Shown here piece after piece: positions 11,375 to 23,300 of a DNA stretch of 64,000 bases; within the stretch, counting starts at the first letter, position 1; each line of letters opens with the position of its first letter. The stretch is taken from NCBI GenBank assembly GCA_045837725.1, contig JBEWZL010000216.1, forward strand, positions 248,001 through 312,000, in the 5' to 3' direction. The DNA comes from Vermamoeba vermiformis (taxonomy: Eukaryota). The position numbers and the translations under genes are program-made. The notes beneath the pieces were generated by a model. That model was not told where the DNA came from. It did not search any database and saw only the letters and a program-made list of their open reading frames with translations.

Positions 11375-11611
11375 TTAGATTTTCGTATCTCCGATCTGCG
11401 TTACTTTGTCGAAAGATCGAGTGATCTTTTTACTGCCAATCTTATCCACTTTACCAAAAGAGTAAGTGACGCTGTCGCTACCAATCTTGGTGACTTTGTC
11501 GAAGCTCCAAGTAACTTTGTGAGACCCAAACTTGTCCCATTTGCCAAAGCTCTTCGTGCACGAGCCGTAGATCTTAGTTAAAGCCTTTTCCCAGTCGCAA
11601 GTGTTGTCCAT
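11375..11611 (-). CDS. 78-aa 15-aa-repeat microprotein, family copy 2
   Basis: MDNTCDWEKALTKIYGSCTKSFGKWDKFG...KVTQIGDTKI. Same length and start as the copies at 15945 and 52813. Confidence 0.85.
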   Translation of the reverse strand: MDNTCDWEKALTKIYGSCTKSFGKWDKFGSHKVTWSFDKVTKIGSDSVTYSFGKVDKIGSKKITRSFDKVTQIGDTKI

Positions 11612-11888
11612 TGTGGTCGATGTTCGTCTAATCAAAGAAATAGTAAATTGCGATCACAACCACAAACCTTAGAAATTTCTTTCGATAAAGACGTTTCAAT
11701 CGCGCTATAATAAGCTTAACAGAACTTACTAGAGTAGAAATATTAGTATTTGTCATTTATAGTGCTTGTGTCGCAAAAGTAGCACATTAAAAAAAATTAT
11801 GACCCCGAAGCCGATCTACCAAAAAAAGCGTGGCTCCTAAAAACAAAGCAAACTTTATCATTGAGGAACGTGTACATGTCTCTAGCAC

Positions 11889-14800
11889 TTATTTACGCCA
11901 TTTCTTTTGGAAGAACAAGAAGGCACCTGCAATCAATCCGACTGAAACAGCAACGGTTGCAGCAGTTACAAGAACTGTCTTCCACGGTGATTTCTGCTCT
12001 AACTTCTTCGTCTTCGCTTTATTCTCTTGCTCTGCACGTTCTCTCTCTTCTTTCATCTTCTTGATCATCTCAAACGCCCTTGGCACATCAGACAAAACAG
12101 CAATTAAGCCTTCTTTGATGACTTCCACATCAGGCTTGTTCTCATTTCCAGGTGATTTTCGGAATATTTCCACGAATTCCTCCCACGCGCCAGTAATGAC
12201 AGTGATCGTTTGATCATCCTTGTGATCGCACAAAGTGCCGTAGGTGCCTCGTAAAACCTTCTCCCACTGTTCTAATGAGCCTTCCAAAAGGTTAACTTCT
12301 TCTCTAATCTGTTCAACACACGATTCTCGGAAACCATCGAGTGGGGCTCGAGGGTCATAGGGCTCTTCTTCTGCGAGGAACCACCATAACAATAGACCAG
12401 AAATTTGGGGGCTGTTGCTGGCCATACCCTCTGTCATGAGCGGCGATCCGAAAAACACTGCAGTCGCATAACGCTGCGCAGCAAGGTTGTCTTCCTTCGT
12501 GTAAGACACAGCGCTCATTCCGTCATTCTTGGCGTTCTCTGAGTCCACTTGGCCACTCGTGAGTTCATTTTTCTCTGTGACGAACGGAGTAGGCCCGTAG
12601 ATTTCAGTGAACGAGATCTGGCCTTTGTGCTGTTCTTGGTACAGTTTGCGGCGCTTGACAAGTTCTTGTTCGGCTTTCACCATCCTGTCACTAATACAAC
12701 AATAGTATCAATAGTGCTCGTATAAATATGGGAAGGTACTCACGCTGCAAACAAACGATAGGATATAATGAGACACACGTCAACTCGCTCTTGCATTGTG
12801 ATTACATGCGGCATCGGCGCTCCAGGAATTTGCGGAACAAATCCCCGAATAAGACCAGTAATAAAAGGATGATCGTCTGGGAATTCTCGGTCACACAGCG
12901 TCAGAACTGCATTTTCTTGGTAAATTTTGTCTAATTCAAAGATCGTACGGTTTTTCTTCTGTTGAATTGAGTGTTAATAACAATTTGTTGCATTATTAGC
13001 CTATCATTCTGTCTTACCAAATCGGGATTTTTGCGCTCTTCTAATTTTCTGATTTTACGCTTGTTCACAAGGTAGTCAACATAGTTGCTGCACAACAGAA
13101 TAAAGAGTCGGTCTTTGACTAAGTTTAAGATCTGTGTCAATGGCTGATTGGTATCGATAGGCTAGAAATAATAATATATCAGCTCAGCATAAATAAGTTC
13201 ATATCGTTCTATAAATAGTACATACGAAGTCGAGATTGCCAATCAGGTTTGTCAGCATCGTCTTCATTTCAGGTCGATTTGCCTCGACGTCTCTGATAAT
13301 GAAGTGTTAGAGCAAATGCAATATTGTTGGACGCATTCAAATTCATACAATTCGATTTTTTCGCGAAAACAACCATAATGTCAGCGCACTCTCCCGACCT
13401 CCCTAGGCATCGTATCTATATCAACCCCATATGGCAACAATGCCATTGGGGATGGCTCCGGGTATGCCTTATTAGGAAAGTCCCACGTGACTATGGGGTC
13501 GCGTGACGAGCGCCGACATTTTTGTTAGTGCGAAAAAATTGGGTTGTATGAATTTGAATGCGTCCAACAATAAGATTATGATAAACCAACCTTAGGGTGT
13601 TATCAGATTGTAAGATTTCAAATTTGCTGAACAGCCACTCCAAAACGCGCTCAAGTCGGCTGTCTTCATTATTATTGTCCTCTTCGGTCTCTTCAACCAC
13701 CGGCTCGGTTTTTTCATAGTAGTTATTGGCAGCCATCAATTCGGGCTCAACTTCTTCGGGATCGTCACTGTCAAGCAACTGAGTTTCAAATTCTTGAACT
13801 GTGACGCAGAAAACATTAGTCATAGTAAATATTACTATTAACCCTTTAGTGACGGGAAGAGCGTGACAAACCAAATTTTTTGGCAACTGATACAATAATT
13901 TTTAATATTTAATAATATTTACACAACTATATATGTAGTATAGTCGTGGTAATTGGCTCGAAAAATTTATCGATAGAGCCGAGAAAAAATTAATTCTTTC
14001 TGAAATTTCGTAGAAAGTCAAACTTTGTCAACGTCACGCTTCCCCGTCATTAAAAGGGTTAAAAATCAGTCGTACTTATTTCACTGTAGAGCTTGAAGGG
14101 CCATTTTGATTTGATCTTCTCATCCTTATCTAGCTCTTGAAGGTAATGCACGATGTCAAACTCGAACGGTCGTTGACCAAAGTTGACTCGGCACTTGTTG
14201 TCAAATCGTTTGATGCCGACTGTCGGGTACAAATGGACTAAATTTCTAATTTTGGAGCCCATAGTACCTAACAACGCTCCGTTCTTAGTGACGAACAGTT
14301 CTTTGGTGGCATAATTTATACCAAGGCCAACTACGAGGTACGCGTTAAAATTAATCCAACAACACCACGTGTCACTTACAAGTATCGCCTTGATGCCATG
14401 GCTCGCAAAATTGAATGCCAAAGGGTCGTTGGTTGAAGAAACATCCGTCGTCGGAGTGAAGTCCGTACGAGTCTTTGCCCCAACCAGGCATCGCTTGTAA
14501 GTACTTATCAAGGGCCAAACCAATTCCAACGATTCTACAGTGCCGGTTAGATATGAACAGTAGCAGTATATGCTATGTTGATATGTATAGTAAAGTGAGT
14601 CTTAACGCAGGATCTCGTTATGGACGAGCGCTCAAAAATCCGATTACTACTTACGGCTCATCTGGACCGAAGTTATCTACATGCACTTCATAGTAAGCAA
14701 CGCAGAAATTAACTTGCGGCAATGGATACAACTTGTATTTTCCTTGGGCGGAGTGAGTTCAGTTAGTTAAGGAAGATCGGATCTATTCGCTATTCAAGTA

Positions 14801-15382
14801 AATTAATCGTGATCAAAATTAAGGTTAATTAAGGATATGACAGCCTTCGCATCCATGTTAGCATCCGTAAAGGCGTGGTAGTGCAACGAATTGGGATCTT
14901 CATCGATTTGTTTAGCCAAGCCAGAATCCGCAGGGCGAATAACGATATGGTTATTATATACGCGCTTAGAATATTCTTCTAATATTCGATACTCTCGCTT
15001 CCAGTTGATCTTGCTGGACAGATCCTGAGTCAGCAGTTTCGCTCCTAGTAATTAATATTTTTAATAACTAAATGAACCAGTTCATGTTATGTAATATATA
15101 TTTAAGTGGCAGAATTTTTATGATCAATAATTAATTAATATTTTATCTAATTTTTATTCAGTTTGAGTGCCAAGTGACGCGAATCCTCTAGCACTTACGT
15201 TCAGGCGATAGCTCCCACTGAGACAAACAAATATATTTCCATATTCCTAAATCGTCAACGACTTTTGAGTAAGTCTTATTGAGTTGCAACAGCCTGCCCA
15301 AAGAGCACGAATCCAGCCTTCGAAAAATAAGGAACTTGAGCTCTTTAGGAAATATATCAAAATCGCCGTAGTGGTGTTCCAT
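11889..15382 (-). CDS. F-box + SPRY (RanBPM/Ssh4-like) protein with acidic linker, helical region and C-terminal tail anchor (multi-exon)
   Basis: F-box: FDIFPKELKFLIFRRLDSCSLGRLLQLNK. SPRY motifs: AYYEVHV, VGIGLA, MPGWGKDSYGLHSDDG, FVTKNG, LYPTVG, VNFGQRPFEFD. In-frame introns link these to the downstream exons (14075-13799, ~13590-13293, ~13225-13163 and others). The gene ends VLVTAATVAVSVGLIAGAFLFFQKKWRK. One junction upstream of SPRY was not resolved. Confidence 0.75.
13324..13570. mobile_element. MITE with 27-bp perfect TIRs and TA flanks (Tc1/mariner-like), intronic
   Basis: TTGTTGGACGCATTCAAATTCATACAA at 13324-13350 has its exact reverse complement at 13544-13570. TA lies immediately outside both ends. 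No coding capacity. Confidence 0.8.
13842..14058. mobile_element. piggyBac-like MITE (TTAA target site, CCCT...AGGG ends), intronic
   Basis: TTAA|CCCTTTAGTGACGGGAAGAGCGTGAC ... GTCACGCTTCCCCGTCATTAAAAGGG|TTAA: about 26-bp imperfect TIRs with TTAA at 13838-13841 and 14059-14062. Confidence 0.8.
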
Positions 15383-15944
15383 TGTTGAATTCAATTATAA
15401 AATAACCAGAACAGAGATCACAACTGAGTTTAAGCGACGATCTTTTTGATACGAAAATTCCACTTAAAGAAGAGCGATGCAATCTCGAACCTATACAACG
15501 TAGCGTATCACTTCACTACTTATGAAACTAAAAAAAGCATCGTTTACGTCAACAGGAGCACGTGTTTTAGCCTTAACTGGAATTATTCTCGTATTATCTG
15601 TGGTGAATCAGAACTTGGCAGGTATGCCTCAGATGACCACTTAGAACGACAGGGCTTTTCGATTCGGTTCGCGCACGAGCTTCATTCAATCGGGAAGACC
15701 AGTAATATCAAAATACCGCTAGATGCGGATTGCGAGAATTGCCGAAGCCATCAATGGAGGTAATAAGCAAATAAGTACCTGAATGGTGAATGCTCGGAAG
15801 CTGGTCGCGAAGATCTTGGACTGGTAAAATTCAATCAGTTTATTTCAATCCATGCAGGATTACAACGAAATACCATTCGTTGTCATTTGTACAATATAAT
15901 TCTTCCACAATAGAGTGGAGATTAGTTTGAAAAGGCTTGATTTT

Positions 15945-16181
15945 CTAGATGCTTGTATCTCCGATCTGCGACACTTTGTCGCTACGTCGAACAACCCTTT
16001 TACTACCGATCATCTCTACTTTACCAACAGAGTAAGTGACGTTGTCGTTACCAACCCTGATGACTTGATTGAGGCTCCAAGTAACTCTGTGAGATCCAAA
16101 CTTGTCCCATCTGCCCCCGCTCTTCGTGCACGCGCCGTAGATCTTCGTCAAAGCTTTTTCCCAGTCGCAAGTGTTGTCCAT
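15945..16181 (-). CDS. 78-aa 15-aa-repeat microprotein, family copy 3 (most diverged repeats)
   Basis: MDNTCDWEKALTKIYGACTKSGGRWDKFG...; shares non-coding flanks with copies 2 and 4. Confidence 0.8.
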   Translation of the reverse strand: MDNTCDWEKALTKIYGACTKSGGRWDKFGSHRVTWSLNQVIRVGNDNVTYSVGKVEMIGSKRVVRRSDKVSQIGDTSI

Positions 16182-16411
16182 TGTGTATGAGTTGTTGATA
16201 GTTAGAGACCTGATTGTTGAATGAGGATTTTATCGAACAGCGATTTAATCAAAGTAGTAATTTGTGTGCACGTGCGTATGCACACCACAAACAACCACAA
16301 ACATTAGAATTCCTAAATCGGATGTCAATTTACCTATTAAGTCGTCATATATCTGCAAATCATCAATTATAATTAAACGAGGTCAATCTAGTTCACTGAA
16401 CCAAAGTGACT

Positions 16412-18113
16412 TTATTTGACGCCGATCCGACGAGCAAAATCCATTGCAACACCAGGGTACGTTACAAAGCTGTATATACGACGCCATAGCTCAATAGGGA
16501 ATTTTTCAAGGAACGATTTGCTCTTTGAAATCATTGCAATCGTTTGCAAGGTGTTCGTTACATTCGATCTTTGCTCCAATTTGTTTCGTTCAGTGAACGA
16601 TTGAATAAGATTAGTGACCTCCATCGATTGAATTTCGAAGTGATGTTCTAAAGTCAATTTGATGATACTGTGATTAACTTCTGTCACGTCTTTGAACGAA
16701 TCCAAATTCAGGTCTGTGAATTCTTCAAGTGGAAAACACGTTATATGAAGCTCAGTGAGAGATTGATTGTATTTCAGTGAATCCCAGATTGGATTCAGTG
16801 AACTATTCGGTCGTGCTTCAAATCTGAGGACGCGTAAAGTGTCGTTGTTTTTCAACACTTCTGCGATTGATTCGATCGTCTTTTCTGACGCTGAATTTCC
16901 TCGAAAATCAACTGAAGTTATTGATCGGTTGGTTTTTAGTAGCGGCAGTACGGTGTCAATAACATTAGAGTTGCGTAGATCCAGCACTTTCAAATTATTA
17001 TTCTGAGCCAATCCTTCTGCTATATAATGCATGTTGTCGTAAATAAGGTCCGTGAAGCGTAACCCAAATACTTTCAAAGGCAAATTAGCCGCTAGAAAAT
17101 TTCCAATATTTTTTTCGCGGTCGAAGCCGGACGTAAATCTGGACAAATGCAAAGCTTCTAACGGGCACTTTGATAGTACCATATTATCTAATAATAGTCC
17201 TAGTGTTGTGTGGCCAGCAAATCCCTCTTCTATCTTGAGACATGTCAAACTTTTGTTGACACGTGTCAAATTGACAAGTTGGTCTATGTATTCTTTCTGC
17301 GTGTTCATAATATTAGTTATTCACTGAACCGAAGATTCACTGAACGGTACTTTGATTTTGAACTTACCAAGCGACCATCGTTTTCTCCAGGGGTCAGACA
17401 TAATGTCGTAATAACCGAATTAGGGATTATCTCGGTCATAGTTGGCGTGTCTGTATCTGGAAGTCCAAAAGATGTGACTTGGAGCTGTTTGATAGTTGGA
17501 TGTGCTTTGACGGATTCAAAAACCGGCTTGAAGTTCTTTATGTAGCCTTCCATTTGCGATCCAATAGTAATTTGTTCGATGTATCTATTCGATTTAATTG
17601 CATTGACGACTCCTTCATAATTAAATTGTTGGTCGAATTCGTCGTACGGAGTCAAGATCAGAGTGAACTTTTTGACCTTGCTGAATGACAAATACTCTGC
17701 TACTGCTTTAAGTGCATTATCTATATCATATGTAATCGTAATCCAACAGTTAGTAACGTTTTGGATTTTTCGCAGCGCATCTAGAATGAGATCCCATTGC
17801 AGAAATTGACCACCGATGACTATTTTTTTGGCTAGAGTACTCTTCTTAACCTCTTCATTATTGTTTGTCTTCGTCGATAGAACCAAGATACAGAACTGGC
17901 GCGTCAACAAATTTCTTTGCCCAGATCTCACGCGTGCCTGCTGACATTATTAGTATTTATTTAATACCAGCGATATTGCTAAAATTAAAGAACATAATTT
18001 AGATTCTATATTATTGATAATTATGTCATTTCTAGTTGTTGGGCGGGTTATAAAAAAATCTGGAGATAATTTACCTCAATTTGTTTGTCTTCTCCGGAGT
18101 CAAACAGATTCAT
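16412..18113 (-). CDS. RNI/NLRC3-like LRR protein with C-terminal F-box-like motif (3 exons)
   Basis: ATG at 18113. Introns at ~18074-17940 and ~17350-17297 join ORFs 17317-17931 and 16412-17308 in frame. RI-type LRRs, ending in FLEKFPIELWRRIYSFV. Confidence 0.8.
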
Positions 18114-18398
18114 GCTAATAATTGGCTGTCTATATTTTTGTTTCTTTCGTGAAGCGCTTGTTTAACAAAGAAATCAAGAGTATTCAGGAAGGTCCTTGGA
18201 TGTACGTGTTGGGACAGTCTACGAATTGAAACTCCTTCGTGTTCTCACATTTTTATCAAGCTAAGCGGAATTTCATTGAGTCCTGTTGTTTCGTTGGTGT
18301 CATAATCGCAAAAATATACGAACCAGCGAAAATCAATTCGATCCTCTTTTTATTCAAACTAAAATTCAACCAGTACGATCACTAAGGTCACAGTGCTT

Positions 18399-19975
18399 TT
18401 ACTGGCAAGTACTGATATCAGCAAATCCAAAGAGTGGATTATCGGCCGAAATGGGATCGTACGCCATATTGAAGCGTTGAATGAAGGCGGTGCCGAGTGC
18501 CGGATCTGTTCCAGGAGCTACCGCTCTAACACCAAGGCAATACTGCTTGTTGGCAGTAGGCAACAAATAATCAGACCCAGATATAACCATCGGCTGGAGC
18601 TGACTGACGTAGAAGGTCAGGTCGGGAAACGCAGCAACTTCTTTGTCAGTCATCGGGTAGCACTCGCCATCCAACAAGCCCTTGCCTTTTGGCACGTCGC
18701 ACACTCCCACCAAATTCACTCGGTCACACATGGCGTACAAAGCTTGGGCAAAGTTATTGAAGACGGACGGGTAAAACGAGATCGAGGCACTGGCGGTAGA
18801 AATGCGGGTGTTTGTGTAATTTTGGTATGACGAGCCAATAGAAGTTTTGTTGATAAAAACATTTTGGATGCTAACTGCAAAGTATTAGTGAGAGGCCTAT
18901 AAGCCTTTAAAATTAAGATAAAAAGTCTACATACAGTAATTAGTCCATTGGAATGGATAGGTTGGGTAAGTCAGATCCTCTCCGAGAGTAATGTGTGGAT
19001 TTTTGGAACCCAAGCAAATACCCAATGTAGTTGGAAGATTATTCTGCTTCGTCCAAAAGGCAAAGGGCGAGCCTCCTGCACATTTTAAGAATTAGAAAGA
19101 GGATCTCGATCTAGTACATTAAGAGCGATTAAACGTCATACCCATCCACAAGCTATCAACAAAGTCACTGAAGCCAATCCATCCATCCATACCCTCCTGC
19201 AGGAATCGTTATTCAATGGATCGGATGTACAAGTCGGTCACTTACAGGTACCAAATCAGGGTAGGCCGTTGTTAATGCGCCCACTGAAACATTATTAACC
19301 GAATAGCCAAGCCAATACAGAGTGTCCTTGTATATGGTACCATTCGCAGGTCCTGGAGCGTTCTAATCCGTCTAAAATTAGGAATCGTTTCCAAATGAGT
19401 GCATAGGCCTTACAGAGTCGAACTCGAATTCGCAGATTTTTGTTATTGGATTACAAGAGCAGCTATCATACCGATTAACAATGATAAAATCGCGGTTTAC
19501 GGATTTAAGATGATCATCGTACTTACTACAACTTAGAGGGGCACTGTATCGGCGGAGCTGTTGAAATAGCCAATAGTTATTAAAGATTTCTCAATTACAA
19601 TAATTTCTCATCGGCAGCTAACCGCAGTAAACTTACTAGTTGGTGTGTAGGGAGTACTTTGTTGACAACCGCTGCAAGTCTTGTTGAACAAGATCAAATC
19701 AGCTGAAATAGTGTTCAACAGCAACTTGTAAGTAACAGGAGGATTGCCAACTTAAATAAAATTATTAATTAATTTAATTTTTCAAATCCGGATCCACGAA
19801 AGTCCTTACTTTGAACAGGAAGGTAGTATAATCCCAGAGCATCTTCGTATAAGGGAAGATCGGATCGCTTGTTGAATTCTGCGGCATTCAGCTCTCGTTT
19901 TAAGAGAGGAACTCGTACACAGAAAACAACGTTGCTAAGGACAATCAAACAAAAGACGATGCAGGTGTGCTTCAT
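18399..19975 (-). CDS. secreted pepsin-family (A1) aspartic protease homolog lacking both catalytic aspartates
   Basis: Signal peptide, then propeptide RVPLLKR and YYLPVQ|IGNPPVTYKLLLNTISADL. Second lobe TRISTASASISFYP and FPDLTFYV. C-terminus ALGTAFIQRFNMAYD...LFGFA. Confidence 0.8.
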
Positions 19976-20317
19976 ATCTAAGATGGAAAAGCGAAGGCTT
20001 AATTAACAAGCAACGTTTTTTACCGAACCTTCAATTTCCTATTTTATTCCAAAGCGCTTTCCGATCTGTAGTAATCAGGGAGTTCCTCGCCATACAATAA
20101 GAAGAATGCTATTAACTTTCGATTAGGTACTATTACAACTATGAATAGTACGACGCTGGAGCGAGGAGAGGTCAATACTACGCGATTTTAGAACTCCGCT
20201 ATTGTACTCTACTCTTTGTCTTAATTTTTTTCGTCATGTAAGGTAGATGCATTGTTGAATAGGGTGAAAGATATTGTTTAAATATTACAAGGTTATTTTT
20301 GACTTACACCGAGCAAA

Positions 20318-23300
20318 CTACTCTTTCGGTTTCGGATCTCGCGGCAGGCTTGGCTTGAGGTCCATATTTGGCGGAGCGAACTCTTGATGTAAGTTCTGGA
20401 ATACTATTGACTTGGTAGGTTCGGTCTATACGTAGCAACGATTAATTTAATCTCCAAAAGATAAAGCCAAATCCGATCCAACTTACCGCGAAAATTAAGT
20501 CAGTATTTTCGATAAGATTAGAAACGAAGTGGTACAGCTTGACCATGTTCTTAAGCTCTAATAGCAATGCTTGTGGGGCCCAATGATTCGTTTCGTTAAT
20601 ATTCAACAGCAACGGCGCGAATGTAACGGAAACTTTGGCAATTTTTTGTTTGATGCTTAATTCAGCGACTGCAATATGTTGAACGACGTCGTCGGTAGGC
20701 TCAGCGAGTACGAATGATTCAGCAGGGTTAATCTGCGGAGTCACGCCGTAGTCAAATGTCAGATCGAGCATGTTCGAGCATTCTTCCGCCGCCTTATCAG
20801 TCTTTTCTATTGGCACGAAGTCATCGTCGTCGCTGCTATCATCGTCATCCATATTGTTTTGAATAGCGCTGGGCGAAGGCGCTGAACCAACAGGGTGGGA
20901 TCCGCTAGATTTCAAGTTGGCCAATCGCGGCGAGACTGATGGAGTAGCACCACTTCCCTTTTTGGCAATAGACAACGGAGCTGTAGTACCCGATGGGCTC
21001 GGCGTAACAGTGGTAGTACGACTACGACTGTCCTTCAAGACGCTGTTGCTGGGCCCTGCGGACACGCTGTGAGCACCGATTCTGGGCGAGACTCCCGTGC
21101 TACCCGCGGCTTGAGTTCCTACTTTAGGTAAGACACTATTGACTACTGGTTTAGGCACGTTACTTGGCGTGGTGCCTAATCTCGGTGACAAATTAGATCC
21201 AGTTCTCGGTGACGTCGATAAGCCGGATCCAGCATCAGACGGTCTCGCTGCATTGGTGGCAGCAGCTGTATTAATACTAGGCGTGACTGGCTTCCATCCT
21301 GTGCTTTTTTGCGGGCTCGTCGAGCTCTGATCTGGCACATTGACCGCTGGTACACTGGGCTCTGAGACTGATGGACTTGGTGACGGCATTCTTTGCGCCG
21401 TTGAATTGTTGCAGATTTCGCGTAAAAATTCAACTAGAAACTTGACAATTCTTTTGGCCTCCCATGGCAAATAGCTAACTAACTGCTTGCTTTTAGCAAC
21501 CGATTTCTCCTCATTGACTGAAAAGGAATTAATTAATTGATAGTATTAGAGTACTTATTCATCATAAACGTACCCTTCGACTTAACGAGGTCTTGATAGG
21601 CTTCTAGAGGGAAAATAGGCTTTTCTAAGTCTTGGAAGAACGTGACTAACAAACCAGCCAGATCTGCTGATGATTCTGAGCTCAAATCGCACTCTTCGCC
21701 TTCTACATGATATAAATATTATTTATATACTTAATACTGATATTTTTATACCTTTAATATATCGCTCGTGGATTTGATTCAGTTTTGCTGGATTAATTGA
21801 ATTGCGTACATTTGTAACGACATCGTACGTGGCTCCTAATGAATAGTTTGATTAGTCGTGCGAAATAATAGACTATAGTATTGTAATATTACCTTTCTTG
21901 CGCAACGCCTGAGTAACTTTCCTCAATATAATTGGAATTCCGTCAGCAGGCAGATCTTCCTCTAACCAATCTTGTAATGTTCTCGACGGATATGCTATAT
22001 AAGAGAAAGATTATTATATATCATACTATACTAGTAATTAAGAATGATAATAATATTACTGGCATTAGGTCGCTTTCTAGCCTTCGCTGATGCATTTTCA
22101 TAAATGGTTCTGTACCACGACTCCTTTGTATCTTTATCTTCAAATACTAGGATATATGTGCTGTTGCCATCTATATAACCATATTAATACATATATCATT
22201 TTTCTAACTATTATTCCTAGTACTTACTGAATAACCGGATCGCGTGCTCCGTATCTGAAAAAAAAAATGAGTTGTTTACTTAGAAGAGGGTAGCACATGG
22301 TATTATAACGTACTTTGAAGATCAGATTGCATGGCTGTCTGTTGAACTGACAGCATAGCAATGCATTTCATACTTCGTACGCTGCCCTTTTCATAACGAC
22401 ACAGCAAATACGTGTCATTCATTAAAAAGCATCGGGCCCGTGCTTTCTTCTTCTTAGATCCGTATCTATAAATTGTATATATTAGCACAAGGCTGCTACT
22501 ATTCTCAAAGCTACAAATGCTGTTGCAACTTACATGATCCGCACGTCTCCTTCGCGAATTAACACGCGTCCCATACGAGGAATTTGAGATGCCTATATTA
22601 TTATAATTAATAAGGATAGCTTATTGTAACTATTGGAATGGTTTTCTTATGAACTTGTTCAAAGGATGTGGATGTAGATGTGGATGTGTTTTCGGTTAAT
22701 GACTAACTAAATAGAGTACTTACAGCACTACCAGACACGCGGCGCTGAATTTCCAATAGCTTTGCAAATGATTTGGACTGTGCGAAACAATCTTGAATGA
22801 ACCAATAGACCTGCGTCATGATCGCGTACGAGTCCATCAATTTCTCGTAATCTGAATCTTCATCAGGTGTGTCTTTCAGCATGGCCTATATACAGTATCA
22901 TAAGACTGGGACCTATAATAGAAATATACTATTGATGGGACTTACATCGATAAAGTAAGCATATTTGGGCAAGTGATTTAACGGGGTTCCGAGCAATTGC
23001 CTTAGCGACAGATGAAACTCCGAATTGGCTTCTTTTTCCTAAATATCGCCATTATTAATACGCCCTATTATAATATGTTGTATGGAGTTACCTTTACAAA
23101 CTGTTGAAATTTCTCTTTGCTAATGCAGCGAATGTACGTGGCATCAGAAAAACGGAAATTCAAAATGTAATCGCCATAAATATTCAAATTAGGAACCTGA
23201 TCGATGTTAACTATTAGTATATTATTGATTTTTCGGTATTAAGTGGTTTGTTTTCGTACCAGATCCAAGAACAATTGACCGATCCCAAACAACTTTGGCT

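Noticed and set aside
13380-13500. Apparent exon or new gene start (MALLPYGVDIDTMPRE) on the minus strand
   Set aside because: It lies inside the TA-flanked MITE, and the flanking exons splice in frame without it.
15446-15763. 105-aa plus-strand ORF
   Set aside because: Non-ATG start, no domain, intergenic position; likely spurious.
15915-16190. Plus-strand ORFs (also 52777-53058) similar to each other
   Set aside because: They are antisense shadows of the repeat microprotein genes.
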